Below, one piece after another: positions 1-10,312 of a stretch of 64,000 bases of DNA. The number at the start of each line of letters is the position of its first letter. Within the stretch, counting starts at the first letter, position 1. The DNA is taken from NCBI GenBank assembly GCA_963802855.1, contig CAWDJP010000007.1:96035-160034 (forward strand), written 5' to 3'. The position numbers and the translations under genes were made by a program. Below the pieces are notes generated by a model. That model was given only the letters and a program-made list of their open reading frames with translations. It had not been told where the DNA came from and ran no database searches. Source of the stretch: an uncultured Thermoleophilaceae bacterium. Lineage in GTDB: Bacteria > Actinomycetota > Thermoleophilia > Solirubrobacterales > Thermoleophilaceae.

Positions 1-747
1 GACCTCCGCCTGCCGGTCCGCGAGCGTGCCGAAGGACCGCGAGGCACTGTCCACCAGCTGGGCCAGCGTGTCGTCCTCGGTGGCCAGCTCACGCGAGACG
101 AGGTTGAGCGACGTGACGAGCCGGCGCAGCTCGCGGCGACGTTTGACCGTCTCGGACGACACCCGGGCGAGGTCGCGATGCGTGGGCTCGAATCGCTTGA
201 GCACCGCGCGGAGGTCCTCGCCCCGTCCCTTGAGCCCGTCGCCCGCTCCCTTGAGCAGGAGCTTCAGGTACTGGCGAGTGTCCGTGTCGAGCACCGACAG
301 GAACTCGTCCGGGTTGACGTCGGGCAGCGTGCTGGAGATCGGCACGACGAAGTCTCCGTCCGCCTCAGCCGCGTCCGGCGAACCCGGGTCGAGCTCCACG
401 AACATGTCCTTCAGCGCCGTACGCGGGCGCAACAGCGCGGTGGCGTCCTCGTGCACCATCCCCTCGTACTCGGGGTCGATCTCCATCGTCACAACCGCCT
501 TGCCGTTCTCGAGCTCGGAGCCCGTGACGTCGCCGATCTCTACCCCCGCGACGCGCACGGTCTGACCCTGGCCCGGGATCACCGCCTGGGCTGTGCTGAA
601 CTGGGCCTTCAGCGCGATCGGGTCGCTCTCCCAAGGCAGCCGCAGTCGCTGCTCGGTGACGATGTAGATGCCGATCGCCATCGCAAGGACGAACATGCCG
701 ATGATCGCGATGAAGTCGCGCAGGTGCGTTCTGATCGCTCGCTTCAT
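1..747 (-). CDS. MCE/MlaD-family protein (5' part; 3' end lies beyond the window start)
   Basis: Frame is open to position 1. ATG at 745-747 overlaps the stop of the upstream mce gene (ATGA). Translation MKRAIRTHLRDFIAIIGMFVLAMAIGIYIV...GQTVRVAGVEIGDVTGSELENGKAVVTMEIDPEY gives an N-terminal TM helix followed by an MCE domain. Confidence 0.8.
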   Translation of the reverse strand, partial: MKRAIRTHLRDFIAIIGMFVLAMAIGIYIVTEQRLRLPWESDPIALKAQFSTAQAVIPGQGQTVRVAGVEIGDVTGSELENGKAVVTMEIDPEYEGMVHEDATALLRPRTALKDMFVELDPGSPDAAEADGDFVVPISSTLPDVNPDEFLSVLDTDTRQYLKLLLKGAGDGLKGRGEDLRAVLKRFEPTHRDLARVSSETVKRRRELRRLVTSLNLVSRELATEDDTLAQLVDSASRSFGTLADRQAEV

Positions 748-2285
748 CGCTCGCCCCTTGCGTTGCGGGCGGCCTCGTCGAGCTCGTCTCGGCGCATCAG
801 GCGCGGCGGCTCCTGCGTCGACAGCCCGGCCTCGCGCGCCATCCGCCTGAGCGGCCCCTGTGCCTCCTGGACTGCCGCCTCGAACGCGGCGATCTCACCG
901 GGCGCGTCGGGCTGGGTCTTGATCCCGGGCGGAGGCGGAAGCGGACGCGACCCCAGGTCGGGCGGCTCCTGGGTTTCACACGGCACGGTAGGCCTCAGCG
1001 GGGGCAGGTCCGCCGGCGCCGGGTTGATGCCGCGCAGCGGCTGGGTGTTGAACCACACGCGCTTCCCGACCGGGTAGGAGAAGTTGGCGGTCGACGCGAT
1101 CGAGCGCGAGTAGATCGCGTTCGCGTCGAAGCTGCGCGCACCGCCGGCCAGTCCGGGCATCCACTTGACGAACTCCTGGTAGACGGGACCGGTCGCCGGG
1201 AAGATCGAGTCCGGCACCGTGGCCTCGCTCGTCGGGAGCGAGACGTTGTTGAGGCACGATGCGAGCAGCCGCTGCTCACCCTGGAGGTCGATCCCGCCGC
1301 GGGCGAAACGCGCGAGCGCCGGAGCGGCCACGGAAAGCGACCGGGCGACTCCGCCCAGCTCCTTCTGGCCGATGATCCCGCGCAGCTCGCGCGCGAGCGG
1401 GATCGACGCATCCAACGTGGCCGGCGAGGTCCGGACTGCGGGCGTCAGCTCGCGTGCGAGGGCGCGAACCGACGGCAGCGCCCCGTCGACCTCGCCGAGC
1501 GTACGGAAGCCCTGGTTCAGCGTCCGCGGAAGCTCAGCCACCGCCCCCGACAGGGCCGCCTGCTGGCGCGCGAACGCGCCACTGGCCACAGCGAGGTTGG
1601 TCACCAGCTCGCGGAGCTGGGTCTCGTTGCGGCTGAGCGCCGACGCTACACGGCCGGAGTTGCGGACGTAGCCCGACAGGTCGCCCTCGCGCTGGCCGAG
1701 GAAAGCGTCGTTGACCTTGGCCGAGTTGCCGTACGCCCGCTCCCAATAGCGCGTCGCGCGGTTGAACGCGGCCGCGCCGCCGCCTTCGAGGGCGCGCCCG
1801 TACTCGTGCAGCACCGACCGCACGTCGTCGCGGGTGTTGCTCTCGAAGGTCTTCAGGAAGTCCCCGACGGAGACCGGGCCGGCGGTCTGGGTCGCCGGCA
1901 CCACCGACCCGTCCTCGAGCTCGGCCGCGTGCGGGGTTCCCGGGCTCGTCTCGATGAAGTAGTTGCCTTCCAGGAACAGCCGCGGGCGGATCTTGAACCG
2001 CGCGTCCTCTTGCAGCGGCAGGCCCTCATCCTCGATCTCCATCACGACGACCGAGGTGCCCTCCTCGGGACCCTCCTCGATGTCCGTGACCTTGCCGATG
2101 TCAACCCCGGCGAGACGGACCGGCGTGCCGATCCGTGCCTGGGTGGGCCCGGTGAACGCCGCACGCACCTCGAACGGGTCCGCGAACGGGTTGTACCTGG
2201 TGAAGACGGCCCACGATCCGATCGCGAGGACCGCGAGCACGATCGCGCCGACCGCGAAGGAGCTGAGCCTCTTAGGGCGGCTCAT
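744..2285 (-). CDS. MCE-family protein
   Basis: 513-aa ORF. TM helix (FAVGAIVLAVLAIGSWAV) is followed by an MCE domain (VRLAGVDIGKVTDIEEG..VVVMEIED). It has 4-nt overlaps with both neighbouring mce genes. Confidence 0.85.
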   Translation of the reverse strand: MSRPKRLSSFAVGAIVLAVLAIGSWAVFTRYNPFADPFEVRAAFTGPTQARIGTPVRLAGVDIGKVTDIEEGPEEGTSVVVMEIEDEGLPLQEDARFKIRPRLFLEGNYFIETSPGTPHAAELEDGSVVPATQTAGPVSVGDFLKTFESNTRDDVRSVLHEYGRALEGGGAAAFNRATRYWERAYGNSAKVNDAFLGQREGDLSGYVRNSGRVASALSRNETQLRELVTNLAVASGAFARQQAALSGAVAELPRTLNQGFRTLGEVDGALPSVRALARELTPAVRTSPATLDASIPLARELRGIIGQKELGGVARSLSVAAPALARFARGGIDLQGEQRLLASCLNNVSLPTSEATVPDSIFPATGPVYQEFVKWMPGLAGGARSFDANAIYSRSIASTANFSYPVGKRVWFNTQPLRGINPAPADLPPLRPTVPCETQEPPDLGSRPLPPPPGIKTQPDAPGEIAAFEAAVQEAQGPLRRMAREAGLSTQEPPRLMRRDELDEAARNARGER

Positions 2286-3754
2286 CGCCCCGACGCTCCC
2301 GGGAATGGGGGCCCGGTCTCGGGCCTGCGAGAGAAGGTCTGACCCTCCGGGACGCGCGACCGGCCTACGTAGTTGGGTCCCTGGTTACCGGGGGTCTCCG
2401 GATCGATCACGATGTTGCGATCCGGGGGCGCCGACGCGGCGGCCCGGCGCATGTAGCCGCGCTGCCCGGTCTCGCAGTCGGCGCGGCCGCGCTCGTCGAT
2501 CGCGGCCGGGTAGACGTTCACGTGCAGTCCGTCGGCCGGCTCCGCCGCGCCCAGCGTGCCCAGCGCGCGGTCTCCCGCCAGTGGCCCGACGAAGTTGACC
2601 AGCGACCGCTGCGCCCGTCCATGCGCAGGCTCCATACCGGCCTCGCTCGCATTCGTGAACGCGTAGTTGAAGAGGTTGCAGACGGTGATGTGCGGACCGA
2701 TGAAGCGGGTGAGCGGGCGCAGGACCTGGACGGTCTCCGTCACCCCTCGGAGCGCGCCAGTGGTCCGCCGGTCGGTCATGAGCTGCTCGAGCGAGGCCAG
2801 CGTCGGCTTGAGCTGGGAGTACAGGCGCGGCGTCTGCGGCTGAACCTCGGCGCCGCGGTCGAGAGCGGAGGCAATGCGGGGAAGCGCGCTCGGCATGACC
2901 TCGGCAGCCCCCCGGAGCGCGATCGACGTCCGTCTGAGGTGCTCGAGGAACGGCCGCTGGACCCGCAGCGACGGGATCCCCACTGCCAACGTGGGCGGCC
3001 CCTCCTGCAACGAGGCCCTGAGCCGCTCCTCGTTTCGCGACCACGCCTCCAGCGCGTCGGCGCCCGCCGAGAAGCCGTTCGCGTAGGAGTCGGCGACGGG
3101 CGCCACGATGCGGACCGTTCGCCCGAGCCGATCGATCAGCCGGCCGAGGTTGGTGTCGGGATCTCCCAGCGTTCGTGCCACCGGCTCGAGGTGGCGCAAC
3201 AGCCGCGGCAGATCGCCGAGCGCCTCGTTGACGCTGCGTCCGCGAGCGGCCAGCGCGTTACCCGCCCCGCCGATGGTGCTCCGGACCCCCTGCCTGGTAT
3301 CCGGGTTGTACATGTTCCCCAGGTCGTCGAGCTGCACCGGCACGCGCGCCTGGTTCACGGGGATCGTGTCGCCCTCGACGAACTCCTCGCCGCTTTCGCC
3401 GCGCGTGAGCTCGACGTACTTCAAGCCGCTGAGCGACAGGGGGCGAATCGCGACCGTGCTGTCGCGCGGAACGTCCTCGTAGGAGCCGTCGAGCTTGATC
3501 GTGATCTTGGCGACGGTGTCCCCGTTCTCCTTGCGAACCGGATCGAGATCGGTGACCAGGCCCACGCGGCTTCCGCCCTCGCGCACCTGGTTGCCGGCCG
3601 TCAGCGCGGAGCCGTTGGGACTCTCGAAGACCAACCTCTTCGTCGGCACGAACGGCAGGCCGCTGTTGGCGTTGTAGGACAGGAACACCGCGACCACCGC
3701 CACGAGCAGCGTTACGGCGCCCACCAGCACGGGGCTGTCCGAGAGCGACTGCAT
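2282..3754 (-). CDS. MCE-family protein
   Basis: ORF 2282-3928 trimmed to the ATG at 3754 (MQSLSDSPVLVGAVTLLVAVVAVFLSY), 14 nt after the upstream stop. MCE domain segment GNQVREGGSRVGLVTDLDPV is present. Confidence 0.8.
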   Translation of the reverse strand: MQSLSDSPVLVGAVTLLVAVVAVFLSYNANSGLPFVPTKRLVFESPNGSALTAGNQVREGGSRVGLVTDLDPVRKENGDTVAKITIKLDGSYEDVPRDSTVAIRPLSLSGLKYVELTRGESGEEFVEGDTIPVNQARVPVQLDDLGNMYNPDTRQGVRSTIGGAGNALAARGRSVNEALGDLPRLLRHLEPVARTLGDPDTNLGRLIDRLGRTVRIVAPVADSYANGFSAGADALEAWSRNEERLRASLQEGPPTLAVGIPSLRVQRPFLEHLRRTSIALRGAAEVMPSALPRIASALDRGAEVQPQTPRLYSQLKPTLASLEQLMTDRRTTGALRGVTETVQVLRPLTRFIGPHITVCNLFNYAFTNASEAGMEPAHGRAQRSLVNFVGPLAGDRALGTLGAAEPADGLHVNVYPAAIDERGRADCETGQRGYMRRAAASAPPDRNIVIDPETPGNQGPNYVGRSRVPEGQTFSRRPETGPPFPGASGR

Positions 3755-3768
3755 TTGGCGTCGGCGGG

Positions 3769-5163
3769 TCACTTGAGCAGGAAGTCCAGGAGTGGTTCGG
3801 AGCCGCCCGTTCGCGCGCCGGAGGACGCACCGCGGGCGGGCTTGCGGCTGGCGCCGGCGGTGGGATCGGGGCCGCTCGGGTCGGGCTGGTTGATGCCGGG
3901 CTGGTTGGGACCCAGCCAGGCGCGGCATCTCGCGGGCTGGGTACGCGCAAGCTCAGCGTCGGCGTAAGGGCTGCAGTCGGTGTCGCCGTACTGCGCGTTC
4001 TTCAGCAGATAGGAGTCCTTGTCGAACCAGTTGCTGGTCTGCGACGACAGGTAGAGGTAGCGCAGCAGCGACTCCAGCCCGGTGTAGCCGCCGTTCCGAG
4101 GTGCCCGGGTGTCACGCTCGGTGGCCCACTTGGGGTCGTTGAGGTGGTCGAGGATGATCCCGAGGTTTCCTGCCGTCTCCGGCAGCCGGCGTACGGCGCG
4201 GGTGAGCCGGCGCAGGTTCGGCATCGACGCCTGGAGGTTGCCCCGACCGCTTCGTGCGAGGTCTGCGAGCGCCCGGACCGACGGGCGCGAGGCAGACGAG
4301 AAGGACGCCGTCGTTCGCAGCAGGGAGGCCAGTGGGCGGGCCGCTACCCGCAGGCTCTCCAGCGCGGGCCGCTGGGCCTCTGCCGTCCCCTCCAACGCCG
4401 CGAGGGTGGGTTGCAGCTCGGCGAGGAAGGTCGGCAGCTGGCGGAACTGGTCATCCACGTTGCCCGACTCCTGGGCGTACGCCCGCGTGGTGTCGCGCGC
4501 CTCGGTGAAGAAGCGCGCGACGTCGCGGCGGCGGCGCGCCACCTGCGCCAGGATCGTGTCGGCATCGCGGTACAGGCCGCTGATCGTGCGCCGCTCGCGC
4601 GCCAGGACGCGCAGCACGCGGTTGACCTCGCGCAACGCCGGGTTGGCCCGGCGGATGATCTCGTTCACGTCGTCGCCCCTGCCCGCCAGAGCCAGGCCGA
4701 GCTCGGAGATCAGGATCGAGAACCGCTCGCGATACGGCCGCCGCATGATGTTCTGGACCAGGTCCGGCGGGACGACCGACGACGTCTGCTTCACCGGGAT
4801 CGTTCCCCCCGCCGGGAAGCGCTCGTCGCTCTTGCCGGGGTCACAGTCGAGGAAGTACTCGCCGATCAGCGACTGAGGCCGCGTCTGGCAGGAGACGTCG
4901 CGCCGGAGATCGCCGAACCCGCGCTCGGTGAGCTCGAACTCGACCTCGGCCAGGAGCCTGCGCTCGTCGAGGCGGATCTTCTTCACGATCCCCGCCCGCA
5001 CGCCCGCGACGCGGGCGTCGGAGCCCTCGGTGAGTCCATAGGAGTTGTCGAGCTGCACGCGGTAGCGCGCCCCGTCGTCATCGTCCGCGCCCGTGGTCAG
5101 CAACACCAGCGCGAGGAGCGCCATCGGCAGGACCATGAGAGCGATGCGGCGGCGCCCGCTCAC
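3769..5163 (-). CDS. MCE-family protein
   Basis: 464-aa ORF with a TM helix and an MCE domain (ARVAGVRAGIVKKIRLDERRLLAEVEFEL). The start overlaps the upstream stop by 4 nt. Confidence 0.85.
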   Translation of the reverse strand: MSGRRRIALMVLPMALLALVLLTTGADDDDGARYRVQLDNSYGLTEGSDARVAGVRAGIVKKIRLDERRLLAEVEFELTERGFGDLRRDVSCQTRPQSLIGEYFLDCDPGKSDERFPAGGTIPVKQTSSVVPPDLVQNIMRRPYRERFSILISELGLALAGRGDDVNEIIRRANPALREVNRVLRVLARERRTISGLYRDADTILAQVARRRRDVARFFTEARDTTRAYAQESGNVDDQFRQLPTFLAELQPTLAALEGTAEAQRPALESLRVAARPLASLLRTTASFSSASRPSVRALADLARSGRGNLQASMPNLRRLTRAVRRLPETAGNLGIILDHLNDPKWATERDTRAPRNGGYTGLESLLRYLYLSSQTSNWFDKDSYLLKNAQYGDTDCSPYADAELARTQPARCRAWLGPNQPGINQPDPSGPDPTAGASRKPARGASSGARTGGSEPLLDFLLK

Positions 5164-6552
5164 GGCCCCGGCCTTATCTGAGTCGGATCACAGTTGAACG
5201 AGGGCGTCGGCCGCCATGGGTTCGAGCCGTCGGCCGCCGGCAGCTCGGAGGCGCCCGGGCATCGGTTGCGATGCCTGACCATGATCCGGTCGAAGTACTG
5301 CTGGCGCTCCGGGGGCGGGACGAGCGTGAGCCCGCCCGACTCGTTCACTGCGAAGGCGGACGGCAGCGTGGCCGAGCGTGATGCGTTCCCGTTCGCGTCG
5401 TAGATGCCCACGTTTCCGAAGGCCTTGGTGAAGGCGATGATGTCCGGGCCGTACGGTCGCCAGAACGCCCAGATCGGGGTGGACCGCTGGAACGCCTCGG
5501 TGGCCTCGGGAAGCGAGCCGCGCCGGGTGCGGCCGTTGCGCTCGGCGGACCGCACCATGATGTCCCGCAGCGCCGGCGTGTCCATCGCCAGGTTGGTGAG
5601 GTCGTTCGCCGCGCCGCTGTCACGAAGCGCGGTGGCCAGCTGGCGCACCGGCGTCCGCGCGTCGCGCGCAAACGGTTGGAGCTGCGCCAGCAGCCGGTTC
5701 AGGCGCGGCGCGACCGGCTTCGAAGCCGCGACCAGCGGGTCGAGGTCGTCGAGTGTGGCGCGCAGGTTCACGTACGTCGTGTTGGCGCGGCGCAGGAATG
5801 GCGGCGCCTGGGCGATGGCCGACGACAGGCTCTGCTCCTCGCGCGCGATCGCCCCGGTCGTGGTCGCCAGGCGGTCAACCACCGCCGACAGGTCGTCGCG
5901 TCGCTCGGCGAGCGCCCCGACAAGGCGCGACGAGCCGGTCAGGAACCGGCGCAGGTCCGCGGAGTCCTTGTTCAGCTCGTTGAACAGGCGCGTAGAGGCC
6001 ACGAACGAGGGGTTGAGCTGGCGCCAGCCCGCGTCGACGAACTCCTCGGCGCCGCCGAACTGCCGCCCCGAGCCCGCGGACGACGCGCGTCAGCCCCTTG
6101 CGGGCCGAGTCGTCGAACATCGAGAAGAACTGGTCCAGGTCGACGATCGACTGCGTGTCCTGGACGGGGATGACACCGCCGTCCTCGATCTCCTCCCCGC
6201 CCGCGGGCGGTATCCGAAGGTCCACGTAGCGTCCGCGGGCACTCGCGAGGCTCACCAACCGCAGATGGGCCTCGGTCCCTTCGCGCAGCGGCTTCACGTC
6301 CTCGTCGAGCTCGAGCGTCAGCTCGGCCAGGCCGTCGTCGGTCACGTCCGCCTCGGTCACCGTCCCGACCTGCCTGCCGGCGATCCGGACCACGTTGCCC
6401 TCCCCCACGAGCGAGGCCGATTGCAGCCGGACCTTGACCGTGTAGGTGTCGCCCTGGATGAACAGCAGCAGGACGAGGGCGAGCGCGGAGATCAGGAGCG
6501 CGAGAAGCGCGAAGAGCCGCACGGGCGTCAAGCCGGGGGACTCAGACTCCAA
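5160..6552 (-). pseudogene. MCE-family protein, one frameshift
   Basis: The N-terminal part is in ORF 5875-6552 (TM helix, NVVRIAGRQVGTVTEADV) and the C-terminal part in ORF 5160-6002. The two join seamlessly (..TRVVRG/SGRQFGGAEEFVDAGWRQLNPSFVASTRLFNEL..) if one base is removed from the ccc run at 6073-6075. Confidence 0.8.
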
Positions 6553-6680
6553 GCTGTGCCCCCGGGTTGAGCGGCCTCGATCCGGCGCCGACCATTGCGG
6601 GGGCGAATATATGCCTTTGGGTCAGGTGCGCGTGCCAGTTGGCGCAGGGTGCAAGATCCCGACCGCGAGGGCGCGTGCGG

Positions 6681-7604
6681 TCAGAGTCCGGCGAGCGCCG
6701 GCGCGAGACGCTCCAGTTGGTCGAGCGCCCCCGCGGCGGTGTCCGAATAGGCCTGGATCGCCACGTGGTCTGCGCCGGCCTCGCGGTGCGCGCGCACCCG
6801 TCCCGCGATCGCCTCCTCGTCGCCCCAGGCCACGATCGCGTCGACGAGCCGGTCGCTGCCACCGTCGGCGAAGTCCTCATCGTCGTAGCCGAGGGTGCGG
6901 AGGTTGTTCAGGTAGTTCGGCAGCATGAGGTAGACCGCCATGTGGCGGCGGCCCAGATCGCGCGCGCGAGTGGGGTCCGACTCCAGCACGACGACCTGCT
7001 CGGGGGCGAGCAGTGGGGCGGGGCCGAGGACCGACCGTGCCTTGGCCGTGTGCGCAACGGGCACGAAGTAGGGGTGAGCCCCGGCCGTACGGTCGCGCGC
7101 CAGCTCGAGCATCTTCGGCCGCAGCGCCGCCAGCACGATGGCCGGCGGCTGCTCGGGCGTCGGCCCGCCGTAGGGGTGTTCGTCGATCGCGTCCAGGTAC
7201 TCACGCATGGCCGTCAGCGGCTTGCCGTAGCTGTGGCCGCGAAAGCTCACGGCCGGCGCGTGACTGACGCCGAGGCCCAGCAGGAAGCGCCCGTCGTACG
7301 CCTCGTTGAGCGTGTTCGCACCGGCGCTCGCGGCGGCCGCGTCGCGCGCCCAGATGCTGGCGATCCCGGTGGCGACGACGATTCGCTCGCTCGCCGCCAG
7401 CAACATCCCAGCGTGGGACAGCGCCTCGCGGTTGTTCGGCCCCTCGCCTCCCCAGACGGCGCCGTATCCCAGCTGCTCGAGGCGAGCTACCGCCGCCCGC
7501 TCCTCGTCCGCCGGCGCCTCGCCGATCGGGCCCAGCCACACGCCGACCCGACCAATGCGGTCACATAGTCCTTGCGCTTGGGTTGACGAGACGGCTGATG
7601 CCAC
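6681..7604 (-). CDS. LLM-class (luciferase-like) F420-dependent oxidoreductase
   Basis: 307-aa ORF with luciferase-like monooxygenase features (RVGVWLG, FLLGLGVSH, LRPKMLELA..GAHPY). The exact start is uncertain because the first ~14 codons end unusually often in A/T. Confidence 0.75.
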   Translation of the reverse strand: MASAVSSTQAQGLCDRIGRVGVWLGPIGEAPADEERAAVARLEQLGYGAVWGGEGPNNREALSHAGMLLAASERIVVATGIASIWARDAAAASAGANTLNEAYDGRFLLGLGVSHAPAVSFRGHSYGKPLTAMREYLDAIDEHPYGGPTPEQPPAIVLAALRPKMLELARDRTAGAHPYFVPVAHTAKARSVLGPAPLLAPEQVVVLESDPTRARDLGRRHMAVYLMLPNYLNNLRTLGYDDEDFADGGSDRLVDAIVAWGDEEAIAGRVRAHREAGADHVAIQAYSDTAAGALDQLERLAPALAGL

Positions 7605-7656
7605 GGGCTCCGATTCCCGCCGGCGAGGCTACAACGATCTACCCGTCCGCTTCGCG

Positions 7657-9577
7657 TCAGCCCGAGCGTTGCCGGGTGAGCTCCCGATCGAGCGGGAACG
7701 CCCCCGACTCCAGCCCCTGGTCGGCGCGGATCACGTGCATCACGGCGTTGATCAGGGCCAGGTGGGTGAACGCCTGCGGGAAGTTGCCCAGGTGGCGACC
7801 AGAACGCGGATCGATCTCTTCGGCGTAGAGCCCGAGCGGGCTCGCGTATGAGAGGAGCTTCTCGCACAGCGCGCGGGCGCGCTTGATCTCCCCGATCTCG
7901 ACCAGCGCCGACACCATCCAGAACGAGCAGATCGTGAAGGTGCCCTCGTCGCCCGCCAGGCCGTCGTCGGTCTCCTCGGTGCGGTAGCGCAGCACCAGGC
8001 CGTCCACGGTCAGCTCGTCGGCTATCGCGAGGACGGTGTTGCGGATGTACTCGTGCTCGGGGGGCAGGAAGCGCACCAGCGGCATCATCAGGACGGACGC
8101 ATCGAGGGCATCGGTGTCGTAGTGCTGGGTGAACACCCCGCGGTCGTCGAGCCCGTTCTCGCAGATGTCGGCGTGGATCTCGTCGGCGGCCTGCTGCCAC
8201 TCGGCCGCGAACTTGAGGTCCTCGCGGATCTCCGCCAGGCGTGCGCCGCGGTCGGCGGCCACCCAGCACATCAGCTTGGACGAGGTGAAGTGCTTGGGCT
8301 CGCCGCGCACCTCCCAGATCCCGCGGTCTGGGTCGCGCCAGTTCTCGAGCGCGGCCTCGACCTGCTTCACGAGGATCGGCCAGATCCGCTCGGGCAGGTG
8401 GTCGCGCGACTTGGTGTGCAGGTAGAACGAGTCGAGGATCGCGCCCCACACGTCGTGCTGGTCCTGGTCGTAGGCGCCGTTTCCGATCCGGACGGGACGC
8501 GCGCCGTCGTAGCCGGACAGGTGGTCGAGGGTGTCCTCGGGCAGCTCTCCCTCGCCGCCGATCCCGTACATGATCTGGAGCCGTCCTTGCTCCGCCTCCG
8601 CGACGTCGGCGATGAAGTAGAAGAAGTCGTTGGCCTCCCAGTCGAAGCCGAGCGTGTACAGGCTCCAGAGCATGAAGGTCGCGTCGCGGATCCACGTGTA
8701 GCGGTAGTCCCAGTTGCGCTCCCCGCCCGGGGTCTCGGGGAGCGAGGTGCTGGCGGCGGCCACCAGCGCGCCGGTGGGCGCGTAGGAGAGGCCCTTGAGC
8801 GTGAGCGCGCTGCGCTGGAGGTAGGTGCGCCAGGGGTGGTCGGGGAACTCGCCGTGGTCGAGCCAGTGCTGCCAGTGATGGGCGGTCCAGGTGAGACGCT
8901 CGTACGCCTCGTCATAAGACTTCGGCGCGGGGTGACTGGACCACGACAGCGCGACGAACGCGGTGTCGCCCTCCTTCATCAGCGTGCGGGCGGTGGCGCG
9001 CGAGCCCTCGAAGCCGACGTTGAAGTCGGTGGTGAGGAGGAGGTCGACATCCGAACCGGTCGCGCTGGCCTTGCACTCGTGGTACCCCGCCCCCGTGTAC
9101 TCCCACTTGGCAGCCCGGCGACCGTAGTCGAACACCGGCTCGCAGTCGAGCAGCACCTGCACCTCGCCGTTCACGCAGCGCACGCAGCGCAGCAGCACGT
9201 GGTCGGCGTCGTAGTCGGTCGGCGAGCGGCGGTGGGTCTCCGAGCGGTCGCTCTCGTGGTGCCAAGGGCCGATCAGAAGCAGGTCGCGGACGATGATCCA
9301 GCCGCCCCGGCAGCCCCAGCTGGTCTCGAGCACCATCGTGCCGGGGAGGTAGCGGCGGTCCGCGGGCACGTCCACGTCGGCGGGGCCGAGGCGGAACAGG
9401 CCGGCGTCGCGGTCGAGCAGAGCGCCGAAGACGCTCGGGGAGTCGAACCGCGGCAGGCACAGCCACTCGACGTTGCCGCTCGGAGCCACAAGGGCGCACG
9501 TCTCGCAGTCTGAGAGGAAGCCGTACTGCGCGATCGGCGGGAACGGGCTCGCGCCCGGTGGAGGCGTCCACGGTCAT
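7657..9577 (-). pseudogene. Glycoside hydrolase family 15 (glucoamylase/trehalase-like), 5'-proximal frameshift
   Basis: ORF 7657-9489 (610 aa) is a clear paralogue of 23584-25413. The conserved N-terminus PIAQYGFLSDCETCALV lies upstream in the same frame but has no start codon. The ATG at 9575-9577 (MTVDASTGREPVP) is in another frame, so a 1-nt indel near 9536-9538 is implied. Confidence 0.8.
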
Positions 9578-9624
9578 CTGCCGGATCCGCCAGGCGCCCG
9601 AGTGCGCGAACGTGCGCCGCTCGT

Positions 9625-10312
9625 TCACCGCCGGTCCTCGAGCAGGCTCGCCGCCGCGGCGTCGAGCACCGCCTCGTAGCTTCCGCTCTCGGGCGCCACC
9701 AGGCTGGCGGGAGCGGCTGGAGTCGGGCGGCTCGGCGAACGCGCGCCGAACCGCCTCGGCCTTGTCCTCGCCGGAGATCAGGAACACGACGGAGCGAGCC
9801 CGGTTCACGACCGGAAGCGTAAGGGTCACGCGGGACACGAGCGGCGCCATGCCTGGCGTCTCGACGCCGGCGACGAGCCGCTCGCGCTCGTCGAGAGCCG
9901 CGTCGTTGGGGAACAGCGAGCACGTGTGAGCGTCGGGCCCGAGGCCGATCAGCATCAGTTCCAGCGCGGGTACGCCCTCCCCGAAGGCGTCCCTCAGCTC
10001 GCCCTCGTAGTGGGCGGCGCCGTCGGTCGGACCCCGTTCACCCTCCATCCGCACCACCCTGGCCCCGTGGATCCGGTCGAGCAGGGTCTCCTTCGCCATC
10101 CGGTAGTTGGAATGCTCGTGATCGGGCGGCACGCAGCGGTCGTCGGAGAACCAGATCGTGACGCCGGACCAGTCCTCACGCAGCGCGGCGGCACGCTCGT
10201 AGGCCACGCGGGGGGTGGAGCCGCCGGTGATCACGATGTTTCCATCGGCGGCGACCAGCCGCTCCGCAACCTCCTGGGCTGGATCGTCGACGACCCGGAG
10301 CTGCGGCCTCAC
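9625..10312 (-). pseudogene. pgl: 6-phosphogluconolactonase, one frameshift
   Basis: The GTG at 10312 overlaps the opcA stop (GTGA). Translation VRPQLRVVDDPAQEV..ITGGSTP..FSDDRCVPPDHEHSNY..LGLGPDAHTCSLFP..FLISGEDKAEAVRRAFAEPP is typical of Pgl. The typical C-terminus PAAPASLVAPESGSYEAVLDAAAASLLEDRR-stop (stop at 9625-9627) is in another frame. The shift sits at the ggg run 9725-9727. Confidence 0.85.
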
